From: the human T2T-CHM13v2.0 reference genome, Homo sapiens
Assembly (NCBI RefSeq): GCF_009914755.1
Contig: NC_060945.1
Direction: 5' to 3' (one strand)
DNA length: 64,000 nucleotides
Notes under the pieces: generated by a model
The model's input: only the letters and a program-made list of their open reading frames with translations
Told to the model about the DNA's origin: nothing
Databases searched by the model: none
Translations under genes and position numbers: made by a program
Part shown: positions 1-12,099 of the stretch, piece after piece
Layout: every line of letters begins with the position of its first letter
Position numbering within the stretch: position 1 is the first letter of the stretch

Positions 1-559
1 TGCATGGGAACAGCATGGGGGGACCACCCCATCATCCAGTCTCCTCCACCTGGTCTCTCCCGTGCATGGGAACAGCATGGGGGGACCACCCCATCATCCA
101 GTCACCTCCACCTGGTCTCTCCCGTGCATGGGAACAGCATGGGGGGACCACCCCATCATCCAGTCACCTCCACCTGGTCACTCTCGTGCATGAGAACAGC
201 ATGGGGGGACCACCCCATCATCCAGTCACCTCCACCTGGTCTCTCCCGTGCATGAGAACAGCATGGGGGGACCACCCCATCATCCAGTCACCTCCACCTG
301 GTCTCTCCCGTGCATGAGAACAGCATGGGGGGACCACCCCATCATCCAGTCACCTCCACCTGGTCTCTCCCGTGCATGGGAACAGCATGGGGGGACCACC
401 CCATCATCCAGTCACCTCCACCTGGTCTCTCCCGTGCATGGGAACAGCATGGGGGGACCACCCCACCATCCAGTCACCTCCACCTGGTCTCTCCCGTGCA
501 TGAAAACAGCATGGGGGGACCACCCCATCATCCATTCACCTCCACCTGGTCTCTCCTGT
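1..559. repeat. 62-bp minisatellite (about 9 copies, runs off the left edge)
   Basis: Unit GCATGGGAACAGCATGGGGGGACCACCCCATCATCCAGTCACCTCCACCTGGTCTCTCCCGT recurs at a 61-62 bp period with few substitutions. Confidence 0.97.
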
Positions 560-610
560 GACACATGAGGATTATGGGGATTATGGGGCTTACAATTCAA
601 GATGAGACAC
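1..610 (-). mobile_element. MaLR LTR remnant (THE1D/MST-like) from which the VNTR derives
   Basis: The unit plus the following GACACATGAGGATTATGGGGATTATGGGGCTTACAATTCAAGATGAGA is the reverse complement of the THE1/MST LTR start as I recall it. Confidence 0.75.
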
Positions 611-928
611 AGCTGCTTCTTCCTTTGTTCTTCCTTTCCACACTTCTGGGGTTAATAAGCGCTGTGCTTTGTTATATAGCTGATAAAACAGTCAAAGGCC
701 TAAGCTATTGTCAAAAACAGTATAATGCCACTAGCTTTTGAGTGTGTATGTCAAAATCTGTTTTTCTGTATCTAACTTTTCTTACTTCCTTTTGCAAAGG
801 GAACCTGCTTAGCCTGATAGTGATAGTGATAGTGTCATACTTACGGGAAGCCAGCTCCCTCGACTTTTTCGTTTTTATCCCTCTATTTTTCTCGGGCTGG
901 AGGGCATTGACACATTCATTTATTTATT

Positions 929-1002
929 TCTCAGAAAAGGCAACAGAGGTTCAGGGAGGCTAATGACTTGCCCAAGTTCACATTGCTAACCTACAACAGG
1001 GC
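929..1002 (-). mobile_element. MIR fragment, interrupted by the LTR and resuming at 1907-1930
   Basis: GAGGTTCAGGGAGGCTAATGACTTGCCCAAGTTCACA matches the MIR core. CCAGGACTTGAACTCAGG after the LTR continues it. Confidence 0.65.
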
Positions 1003-1906
1003 TGAAGGGGATCATGTCTACGGTGGTCCATTTCCAAGACAAAGTGCCTTGAATCGGCTTAGGTCTGCAAAATACAGAAGAAACAGGATATCCCAGGCCC
1101 CTGCTCAGACAGCCGATGCCTGCTTATCGGGATCCCCCTTAGTTGCCCTCACCTGAACCAAAGAAGTTTAGTCTAAGATAAAAGTTTACCAGTCTGCAAA
1201 ATAGCTGGCTTTGTCTGTTCTTATCAGCCTGCCAGCTACGTAGGTCATAAGTCAAATATTTAAAGAGCCCCAGGGCTAACTAGGATTGCAATGCACTGTG
1301 GGCTGCAACAAAATGCAGCAAGACAACCCTAAAAAGACACCTACAGCCCCTGCCCAACAACCAATAGGTGACATCTGGGAAGACTGTGACCCCATAGTGC
1401 TCAGCCTATGAGGAACTGGGGGAGGGACCTGCACACTAAGGGATAAAGTGCTTGTTAAAACCATGCTGGAGGCTGGTGCAGTGGCTCACGCCTGTAATCC
1501 CAGCACTTTAGGAGGCCGACGTGAGGCAGGCGGATCACTTGGGGTCAGGAGTTTGACACCAGCCTGGCCAACCTGGTAAAACCCCATCTCTATTGAAAAC
1601 ACGAAAATTAGCCAGGCGTGGTGGTGAGTGCCTGTGATCCCAGCTACTCAGGAGGCTGAGGCAGGAGGATCACTTGGACTCGGGAGGCAGAGTTACAGTG
1701 AGCCGAGATCCTGCCACCGCACTCCAGCCTGGGCGACAGAGAAAGACCCCATCTCAAAACAACAGCAACAACAACAAAACCGGGCTGGGCGTGCCTTCCC
1801 ATCGGACACCCGACCTCGCAAGACTGTCATTAAAAGTCTCACTCTCGCTGTTCTCTGGGTTGTGAGTCCATTCTCTGGGTGTGGACAGGTGAGTTTGTTT
1901 CTCACA
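1003..1906 (+). mobile_element. Solo ERV LTR (subfamily uncertain), split by an Alu
   Basis: TG...CA termini, 5-bp flanks AGGGC/AGGTC (one mismatch), a CCAAT motif and an ATTAAA poly(A)-like signal near 1829. Confidence 0.65.
1471..1779 (+). mobile_element. Alu (J/S-type) with (AAC)n tail
   Basis: Dimeric Alu with diverged TSD AAAACCATGCTGG / AAAACCGGGCTGG. Confidence 0.95.
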
Positions 1907-2084
1907 AGGTCCAGGACTTGAACTCAGGCCATGAGACCGGGCCAGGGTTGTGAGCAAAAGTGCAGCTCGTTGCGGTGCCTCCCTCGGCACCAGTGGGAGG
2001 GGAGAGGACCCTGGGGCTCGTCAGCCTGGACACGCCAGCGCTCTCAGCCGTCTCACTCAGTCCCACGAGCCCACACAGTGGCTG

Positions 2085-2215
2085 CCCTCAAAGGGACTTT
2101 GGAGACCACCCAGTCTTTCTTCCCAGTTTACAGACCCAGAGACTCGGGCCCAGAGAAGACAAGTGACTTTGAACAAAGCAAATTAGTGGCAATGCCCAGA
2201 CTTGAACCGAGATTG
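2085..2215 (-). mobile_element. MIR fragment
   Basis: TTTACAGA...GGCCCAGAGAAGACAAGTGACTT...TAGTGGCA...GACTTGAACC resembles the MIR core. Confidence 0.55.
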
Positions 2216-2769
2216 GCAGAGCTTGGTGGTCTGCCACAAACCACCCTCCCCCACAGCAGGTGCGGGTGGGGGGCTCCGTTCTTCCGGTCACCACAGCATG
2301 TTACAGGTTTCTGCATCAGTGCGCCTCCTCTTAGGAAGAAACATCTCTGGGCTGGGATGGCTAGCTCCCCGCTTTCAGCCATGTAGAATTTCTCTTGGCA
2401 TTTTAGTTAGAAGTGTTGTCTAGATTTCTTAAGTGTCTGAGGCTGCCCTGGCCACAGGGATGAGTTAGGGAAAATTACCGTTTCCCATGTGCGTGTGTGA
2501 AGCTCTCCATGCTCACTGAAGTCAGAGTGAGAAGCAGCAAACACGTCATCGGGAGGGTGGCCAGCAAGGCTGTGTCCTTTCACACGTCCTCAGATCATCC
2601 TTGAATCCACCCACATTCCAAATTCATTCTCAAAAATGAGATTCCAAATTTCAGGATCTATTTACAGCCAGACGATTTTGGTGCCCCCTGCTCAAAAGCT
2701 TTGATTACTCCTGTGCTTAATTAAGTCACAAATCCCTGGCCCATCATCCAAGACCACTTGTGATGTGGT

Positions 2770-2863
2770 TAAACCTACCTCTGTGAGTGCTAGTAAATCT
2801 ACCTCTACTAGTACTAGTAAATCTACCTCTGCTAGCGCTAGTAAATTTACCTCTACCAGTACT
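2770..2863. repeat. 24-bp tandem repeat, about 4 copies
   Basis: TAGTAAATCTACCTCT(A/G)CTAG(TA/CG)C recurs every 24 bp. Confidence 0.85.
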
Positions 2864-2965
2864 GCCCCCCACTGTTTCCTTTTCAGGCATTCAGCTCAGT
2901 CTACGGCCCGCAGACAGATTTCCTAGAAATAACTGCTCCTACTTCTCAACTCTTAACAAAAAGGT

Positions 2966-3671
2966 CTCTGAAAAGGAATTTGGAGGAAACAGACTATTCC
3001 AGTGAATAGTGTACAAGCCTGGGAGATGCGGACTTTGGTGTAAAATGAAGGTGTGTTCAAAGAGCAAAGAGGGAGTTCGGGTTTTAGAGCAAAAAGCTCC
3101 TGCCCTGGGGTCCCCATTAGGTCCATGTAGGCAAATGAAGGATTGAAACGTGCTTAGTTCTGATTGGTTGGTACAGCTGGGCCCTGATGGGTTGGTTTCC
3201 AAGCCGCGAACCGGAAGTCTTTGTTAGCTGTTTCTTTCAAACAGTGGTGGGGGGCGTGAGGGGCGTGCGGGGCGTCGGGGGCGTGAGGGGCGTGCGGGGC
3301 GTGAGGGGCGTGAGGGGCGTGCGGGCGTGAGGGGCGTGAGGGGCGTGAGGGGCGTGAGGGGCGTGCGGGGCGTGAGGGGCGTGCGGGCGTGAGGGGCGTG
3401 CGGGGCGTGCGGGGCGTGCGGGGCGTGGGGGGCGTGCGGGCGGGGAGGAGGGTGGGGGCCGCTCTGGCTACAGTTTATCTTGGCACTAACAACGGGGACT
3501 GATTGGGCTTCGTTGTGAAAAGGGGGGCCCTGTGGTGCGTTTACAGAGTCTGAGAACACAGAGTTCGTGGCCACTCCCTCACCCAGCCCTGGGCACCAGG
3601 TTATGTTTTAAATTTGAGCACCTCAGCCATGGGGAACCCCTTTTGTTTGTCAGCCAGGGCATAGTTTACCA
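2966..3671. mobile_element. Probable old ERV LTR containing the G-rich repeat
   Basis: LTR-like composition with repeated CTGATTGG boxes. Family not identified and boundaries approximate. Confidence 0.35.
3249..3445. repeat. G-rich, CpG-rich 9-bp tandem repeat (GGGGCGTGA/C)n
   Basis: About 20 units visible directly. Confidence 0.95.
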
Positions 3672-3792
3672 ATCCCAAATCTGTAATCTCTCTCTTAACA
3701 AATCACTTTCTACCCAAATACAGATCCTTAAGGGCAGGGCCTCTGGTTCATTTTTGTCATCTCCACCTAGCGGAGAGCGCGGCACACGGCAA

Positions 3793-4610
3793 TGATACGG
3801 GAGTGCGGGGGAAGGGAAGAGTGTGGTCCCTTTAAATGATACAGAAGGGAGGTGCTGGGTAGAGGGGGGCGTGGTCCCCGGCTAGGGCTCCACCCCCCCG
3901 GACCTGGGTGAGGACAGGCACTTCTGCCTTCTTGCCCCAATGTTGCATTTTCCAAGACCACCCTGGCCCGCCATGCCCCCATTCTGAGCCTATAAAAACC
4001 CGAGACCCTAGCAGGGCAGAGGCAGAAACTGCTGGATGCTGAGAGGAACGCATCAGTGGAAGAAAACAAGCGGCTGGACGTGGAGAGGACGTCAAGGGAG
4101 CATGCCGGCGGAAGAGCACACCACAGACGCCGGCAGGCCACCGAGCGGCAGGACCAGGCGGAGTTTGGCCGGGGCAGTCGGAGGAGAGCTAGGCCACTAA
4201 GCAGCTCAACTCCAGGAGATAAACCATCTCCCTTGTGGCTCCTCCGTCGGCTGAGAGCTGCTTCCACTCAATAACACTTTGCACTCGTTCTCCAAGCCCC
4301 CGTGTGATCCGATTCTTCTGGTACACCCAGGCAAGAACCCAGGATACAGAAAGGCCTCGGTCCTTTCCACAAGTACCTCTACTTGAGGTACTCATTGACC
4401 TGGTTAACACAAGCTGCCTACAGACGCCAAAACTAAGGGCACCCTGGAACACAGGCTTCAGCTGTAAACATTCACCCCTGGGCACTGCCGTGGGGTGGGA
4501 GCCTGCCTGAGTGTATGCTCCCCTAGAGGTTTGAGCTGCGGGGCACTGAAGAAGTGAGCCACACTCCCATCGCACACTGCGAGGGGGACAAAGGAACTTT
4601 TCCTCTTTTA
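3793..4610 (+). mobile_element. 5' LTR of an ERV1 provirus (LTR1/HUERS-P2-like)
   Basis: Starts TGATACGG, has TATA-like CTATAAAAA near 3990, is a direct repeat of 8684-9594 and is followed by a PBS. Confidence 0.9.
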
Positions 4611-4612
4611 AC

Positions 4613-4630
4613 TGGGGCCTCATCTGGAAT
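4613..4630 (+). other. Primer-binding site, tRNA-Pro type
   Basis: TGGGGCCTCATCTGGAAT matches the PBS-Pro sequence TGGGGGCTCGTCCGGGAT at 14/18, two bases after the LTR end. Confidence 0.8.
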
Positions 4631-5219
4631 CTCGGAAGGTGAATGTCTGCCTTCGAAAACCCTACCACCTGTCTTTCTTGTGGGTAAGAGGCTGTTTTCC
4701 TTTCATCTCTTTTTTCTCTCTCACACGGTTTAAAAATGGCTCTTATCTCCTTTATAATGTTAAGAGTTTTGCTACAGGCTGCGGCAATGTTACTAAGTAG
4801 AATGAGTATTTGGCTCAGCCGCCAAAGGTGCAAATCAGACCAATTTTTCCTAGAGGTGCCATGTATGCCTCTACCTCGAGAGCCGCAGGCACACACGGCT
4901 CTGGGCACCTCTCCTTATTCTTCCCCTTCCCAGCTCGGGCACCTGGGCGTGCCCACGGCAGGCAAAGGCCAAGCCCAACAGCCACGAACCGGGCGGGAGG
5001 AAGCCGAGGGGGTAGCCGGGACCCTACAGGGAGCGCGTTGGTCAAGTGTGCCAAGGGAACCTTTCCTCCCCTGGCCAAGGAATTCAACCTGGTCTGAACT
5101 GGGGAAAGGATGGGAAAGTTATAAGAATTAGAGGGACGCAGTTGCACTAAGCAAGGGGTTCTTCCCCCAGAATCTCCCCCCTTTTTGCCCCTTAAACTGT
5201 TTTTCTCCTTTTTCCTTTT

Positions 5220-6401
<1,182 letters not shown>

Positions 6402-6999
6402 CTAAGTGAGAGGGCTCCCCTCCCAACTCTGTTTCTGATGGGGAAGTTAGCAGAGGACCAGCGACCCCTGCTGGCGGAGAGCTGCAAATTTGGCAGGGCA
6501 CATTTGAGACACTCTCAACAGATAGAACCAGCCTCTAAAATATCTTTTCAGTCCCAAACTCGATTCCAAGCTTCAGGCTGAGGTCTTAGAAAGAAAAAAC
6601 AGGTCTGAGGGATCCAAAGCCAGGGAACAGGCACAATGTAAATGGGTAGCACCAATTCCTGCTGACTAAACCCCCCACCCTATGGAAGGAGGCCATGCTT
6701 CATGGCATAAACAGGCCCAGGGAACTGAAGGTTTGCCGACAGCAGGGAGAAAGGGAGGCATAGGCAAGGGCGGTTCGTTCCTAGTCTCCAGGTTTTCCCT
6801 GCTTCATGGGTACATACCACATTAGTACCCATGGCTGGCACCTGCCAAGGTCGCCAGGGCTCAGGGATAAGGAGTGGAGACTGAAAGGATCATGCTCGCT
6901 TTCTCTCTCCATCACACCCTGAGTTTTCGCTGAAAGAAGGAAGAGAATGAGGGGCTTCTCTATTCACTGTCTCCAGTTCTCTTCAACACCCCCAGTTTA

Positions 7000-8250
7000 T
7001 ACTCCTCTGTAGTGTACCCTGAACCATCGGGACTGCTTTGACCCTCAGAATCTGCAGGAGAAACACCTCAGAGCCCTCTGCACAAAGGTTTGGCCAAATT
7101 ATGAAGGACTGGGTTGGCCCTAGGAAGGAATCATTCATTTCCATACCATTCGGCTGTTGAGACTTTTCTGTAGATGTGAGGACAGATGGCCTGAGGCCCC
7201 GTATGTGCAGGGCCTTTCTATACCTTGCAAGGAAATCCAGACCTTGCCGACAGTGTAGGATTCATCCAGCCCTCCTGTTTGCCATCTCAGAGAAGGCTGC
7301 AAGGGGTAAGCCCAGGGAATTAAAGATACGAGTCCTAGAGGCACCCCGGAAAGAGAGGCCAGCTCCCTCAAGCCCTGCTCCTCTGGGTCCACCCCGACCT
7401 CCCTATCCAGCTTCAGCCTCTCACTTGGCCCCTCCTACAAATTCTCACTCTAAACAAGCCCCAGTCTCACTCTTGCTCCTCCAACAGATGCCTGGTGAAT
7501 TTGGGCCAGCAAGGTCCAGGTCCCCTTCTCCTTACAGGACTTAAAGTAAATTAAGGGGGGATCTGGGCAAGTTTTCAGATGATCCTCATAGGTATATAGA
7601 GGCTTTCTAGAATTTCAACCAAATAGTTGAACTCTCCTGGAGAGAGACGTTATGTTACTTTTGAATCAGACTGTGATAGACACTGAGAAACAGGCCACTC
7701 TACAAGCTGCAGAGAGATTTGGGGATGAGCTTTGCATCACATGTAGCATCAGGAAAGGGGGTGAATATTATCCAACCGGAAGAGAAGCAGTACCAGTGAA
7801 TGACCGTAAATGGGACCCCAATCATGAGATGGAAGCCGGGCGGAGGAGACACTTTCAGGTGTGCGTAATAGAAGGCTTACGTAAGACTAAGAACAAGTTG
7901 TCCATGATCAACCAGGAATTTGATGAAAATCCAATCGCCTTCTAGGAAAGGCTAAGAGAGGCCTTGGTAAAGCTCACCTCTCTCTCTCCTGGTTCAGTTG
8001 AGGGACAGTGAATCCCAAAGCATAACTTTATTACTCAGGCGGCTCCTGACATCAGGAGGAAGTTGCAAAAACTGGGCCATTGGACCAGATAGTACATTAG
8101 AGGACCTCCTAAAAGTGGCCACCTCAGTCTTTTATAATAGAGACGGAGGCCCAGGACAGTGAGAGGAGACACAGGAAAGAGACAAAAGCTTCAGTGGCCA
8201 CCGTGTACGTCCACAAACCCCAGAATTCCCAGGGTGCACCTGTTAACTGC
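7000..8250 (+). pseudogene. Degenerate gammaretroviral-type gag (MA-CA) remnant
   Basis: ORF 7652-7945 (LLLNQT..EKQATLQAAERFGDE..YPTGREAVP..KWDPN..QEFDENPIAF) resembles ERV1 capsid including an MHR-like stretch. Interrupted by stops and frameshifts. Confidence 0.8.
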
Positions 8251-8683
8251 TAAAGATATGGCAAGAATAGTTACTTCATTCTAAAGTTTATTTGCTCTTG
8301 TACAAGGTTTAATTTCTTGCACCAGGGGTGAAACAGCTCAGGGTGCAACTTTGCTGTTAGTATATTTCACTTCTTATCTTTGTGATCTTTGGGAGTACAT
8401 TCTTTCTTTTTATAACACACATGTTTAACCCATGCATACTTAACCTTATAAAACCTGGGTTTTTTTTTTTCTCTCATGCCTAGAACCATCAAACTCCAAG
8501 TGGACAGGCAACTGGAGCCTCAGATAATGACTCCCCTTTGCTAGGAACCCTTAGACAGACCTCTGGGAGGAATTTGACTGCCGTTTTCTCAAAAACAACG
8601 CCCCCTGTCAGCGGGAAGCAGCTAAGACAGGTCATCGTCCATATTCTAATAGCAGTTAGATGTACGTTTTCAGAGAGGGGAAA

Positions 8684-9594
8684 TGATACAGGAGTGCGGG
8701 GAAGGGAAGAGTGTCATCTCTTTAAATGATACAGAAGGGAGGTGCTGGGTAGAAGAGGGTGTGGTCCCTGGCTAGGGCTCCACCCCCACGGACCTAGGTG
8801 AGGGCAGGCACTTTCTCCTTCTCACCCAAATGTTGCATTTTCCAAGATCACCCTGGCCTGCCATGCCCCCATCCTGGGCCTATAAAAACCCTGAGACCCT
8901 AGCAAGGCAGAGATAGAAGCTGCCGGATGCTGAGAGAAACACATCAGTGGAAGGGAAGAAGAAAAGCGGCTGGACATGGAGAGGACGTCAGTGGAGCATG
9001 CCGGCGGAAGAGCACACCCACAGACCCTGGCACGCCGGCAGGCCACGTAGCGGCAGGCCACGTAGCGGCAGGCCACGTAGCGGCAGGCCACGTAGCGGCA
9101 GGCCACGTAGCGGCAGGCCACGTAGCGGCAGGCCAAGGCGGAGTTTGGCCGGGGCAGTCGGAGGAGAGCTAGGCCACTAAGCAGCTCAACTCCAGGAGAA
9201 AACCATCTCCCTTCTGGCTCCTCCATCAGCTGAGAGCTGCTTCCACTCAATAACACTTCGCACTGATTCTCCAAGCCCAGGTGTGATCCGATTCTTCTGG
9301 TACACCCAGGCAAGAACCCAGGATACAGACAGCCCTCTGTCCTTTTGATAACTAGAGGGTCTCATTGACCTGGTTAACACAAGCTGCCTACAGACGGCAA
9401 AACTAAAAGAGCACCCTGGAACACACGCCCACTGGGGCTTCAGCTGTAAACATTCACCCCTAGACACGGCTATGGGGTTGGAGCCTGCCTGTCTGTATGC
9501 TCCCCTAGAGGTTTGGGCAGCAGGGCACTGAAGAATCAAGCCACACCCCCATCGCACACCCTGCGAGGGGGACAAGGGAACCTTTCTCTTTTCA
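8684..9594 (+). mobile_element. 3' LTR of the ERV1 provirus
   Basis: TG...CA termini, colinear with 3793-4610. Confidence 0.9.
9036..9135. repeat. 15-bp perfect tandem repeat x6 inside the 3' LTR
   Basis: GGCCACGTAGCGGCA repeated six times from 9041 to 9130. Confidence 0.98.
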
Positions 9595-9799
9595 GTTGGT
9601 CTTAATAAACACTGAGTAAATGAATGATTACGCACTCAGAAAAATCAGTTATCCTCTCCCACTCCGTGCCTGGGAAGTACCAACGGGTACTGAAACGTAA
9701 TGAGTAATGTCTAGAGATTTTCTCCACAGGATAGAAACAAAGCTCAAAGAGGCAGCAAGTTGAAGAAAGTGTGACACTGTTTTATTTTTAGGATTTTTT

Positions 9800-9944
9800 C
9801 CTCTTTTTTAAAATAAATATACGTGTAGAGAGACAGGGTCTCCCTTTGTTGCCCAGGCTGATCTCGAACTCCTGAGCTCAAGCTGTCCTCCCACCTCAGC
9901 CTCCCAAGGGCTGGGATCACTGGCATGAGCCTCTGCACCCAGCC
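9800..9944 (-). mobile_element. Alu left monomer (FLAM-like)
   Basis: Single monomer flanked by TTAGGATTTTTT duplicates. Confidence 0.85.
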
Positions 9945-9961
9945 CTTAGGATTTTTTTTTC

Positions 9962-10188
9962 TTTTTTAAAATTTTAATTATTTTATATATATTTTTAAGT
10001 TCCAGGGTACATGTGCAGGATGTGCAGGTTTGTTACATAGGTAAACGTGTGCCATGGTGGTTTGCTGCACCTGTCACCCTGTCACTAGGCATGAGGACCA
10101 GCATGCATTAGCTCTTTTCCCTAATGTTCTCCATGCCCCCTGGCCCAGCCCTCTCCCAACAGGCCCCAGTGAGTGTTGTTCCCCTCCC
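9962..10188 (-). mobile_element. L1PA 3'-end fragment (older subfamily)
   Basis: GGGTACATGTGCAGGATGTGCAGGTTTGTTACATAGGTAAAC is an L1PA 3' UTR signature, flanked by GGATTTTTTTT duplicates. Confidence 0.9.
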
Positions 10189-10267
10189 GGGATTTTTTTT
10201 CTTAAGGAAACACACCACATCAGGCGTTGAAGTGAGTGTATTGACTGTCTGAGGTTTGTGTGCACTT

Positions 10268-10411
10268 TTTAACCAGAAGTCATGGCTGGGGACACAAAAG
10301 CACCTCCTTGCCTATGTAGTTTTGTTCCTTTACTGCTTTAAACAAGCAAGATGTGGTTTGCATTCCTTTCGCTGCTGGTGTTGTTGGCTTTGTGTTTCTC
10401 AACAGAAATAA
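10268..10411 (+). repeat. Left arm of a ~144-bp inverted duplication
   Basis: Reverse complement of 15574-15716, about 89% identical by hand alignment. Confidence 0.93.
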
Positions 10412-10992
10412 CTTGCCTTGCCTTTGCTCTCAAGGTTGTGAAAGCCCCCCACCCCCATATGTTCCTTCCACTCATTTGTCACCGAGACCCTCAGTGTTGC
10501 TATCTGTGCATAATGTGTGTGGGTCGGGTTGTGTCAAGCATCAGACGACGTCGGTACCTCTCCTCACTGTGAAGGATGACCCTGTACACACCACTGCTCT
10601 AGGCAAGGATGCGACCCACCGTCCCGGGGTTAACCACATCAGTGTCACCATCACAAGGGGGTGACAGCCCTTTACAGATTACATCTCCTTTTCCTGGTGA
10701 TTCTCCCTCTTAATCCCTAAATGAGTCCTGCAAGATGGGTGTTGATTCTTCCTATAGCACAGCTGAAAGAGTTGAATGGCTCGTCCTAGAGCACACAGTT
10801 TGGCAGGGCTGAGTAAAATGAAACCCAGTGCTTGTCCCTCCAGGCTGCGGCGAACCTGCACTAGAGTTTTATGAAAGTCCAACTTCCTGGCGATAGGCAG
10901 AAAAAGCAACGATCACCTTCCCTGATATTTTCACCTAGCAGACAGTCTTCAGCCCAGAGAACATCTTCCCAAAGTCCAAGACAGAAGGTACA

Positions 10993-11567
10993 TGTAGAAA
11001 TGAAATAGAGGTTCCTCTTCAAAGGGACTTTCCTCCCAGTCTAATTCAGAATAGATAGTAACCTCTTCTAGAAGCAAAGTTTACTCAAAGACCTGTGTTA
11101 ATATTCTTAAATTCTGCTAGCTGTAATAAAGAAATCAATATACTCTGTTCTTAGCTCCCACATTTTAGTCTAGGTATTTGCCCTGGCATGCCTGAACCAG
11201 TCCAAGCAAGAATTAGGTCATAGCCTCTTCCTCTTCCTTATTTGGAAGTGTTTTTGCCTCTCTCAGCATTCCACAAGTTACTTCCTCTCTTCCTTTGTTC
11301 TCCTCTGCCTTTGCCTCTTTTGGGAAGTTCTAAGTTGCTAGCCAATCGAGACAAACAGAATGTAAGGTCCCATTCCAGCCGATAGAAACTGGGCACAGCA
11401 GTAGGGTAGCTGCGTCAGGTTATAAATGACCCTGTCTTTTTTTGTGTGTGCTCTTGTGGCAAGACTGCTAGCGAGCGGCACCCTTTCTGCAGAAAGTAAA
11501 CTAGCCTTGCTGAGAGATCCTTTGTCTCAGTGTTGATTTCTGCAACACCGAGCACCCGTTCCCAACA
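10993..11567 (+). mobile_element. Solo LTR10-like (HERV-I family) LTR
   Basis: TG...GCACCCGTTCCCAACA end, flanks GTACA/GTAAA, TATAAA at 11421, AGTAAA poly(A)-like signal and a degenerate p53 element. Confidence 0.75.
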
Positions 11568-12099
11568 GTAAATGTGTCTGCCTGTGTGTGTACACATCCA
11601 CCCATCAGCCACAACCCTATGCCTGAAGCCAGGCACTAGAATGAAATTCTCAGGGTCATGTCATGTTTCAGATTTCAAGTCTCACTTCCCGCACCTGTTA
11701 CCATTTGGGTCTATGTCTCCCTCCCAGATCATCCTCTGATTCTACCAGAGCCAAACCCGGAACCCTCTGCTCATTTCACCCTTTCAACACACATTTTCCA
11801 GGCACTTCTGCTGCTCAGCATCTCCCAAGGGTGAGCCCTGAGCTCTTGCAGGGATGAATGCTTTCCATGGCTTTTCTGTCTGCCTGCAGTTACAACCCCT
11901 GATCTCTGGGGACAGGACCTGCCAGGTCTGTCTGGAGAATACCCATGTGAGACTGAAACTGGCTTCTCCCACTCTCAGCCCCAGTGACCTGCTCTGTAAG
12001 GCTGGTTATAGGTGTGGCTGCTGCCCCTGCCCAAATGCTTTAGGTTTCCCTCCTGGGATTCTCCTGCCCCTCTAAGCAGCTCTCCAGGGGACCCCATCC

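Noticed and set aside
1-559. CRISPR-like regularity of this and other arrays
   Set aside because: Units are head-to-tail with no unique spacers, no cas genes are present, and the context is primate.
8822-9313. ORFs with ACRYV / GHVAA / GRPRS repeats
   Set aside because: Translations of the 15-bp LTR tandem repeat with no other coding evidence.
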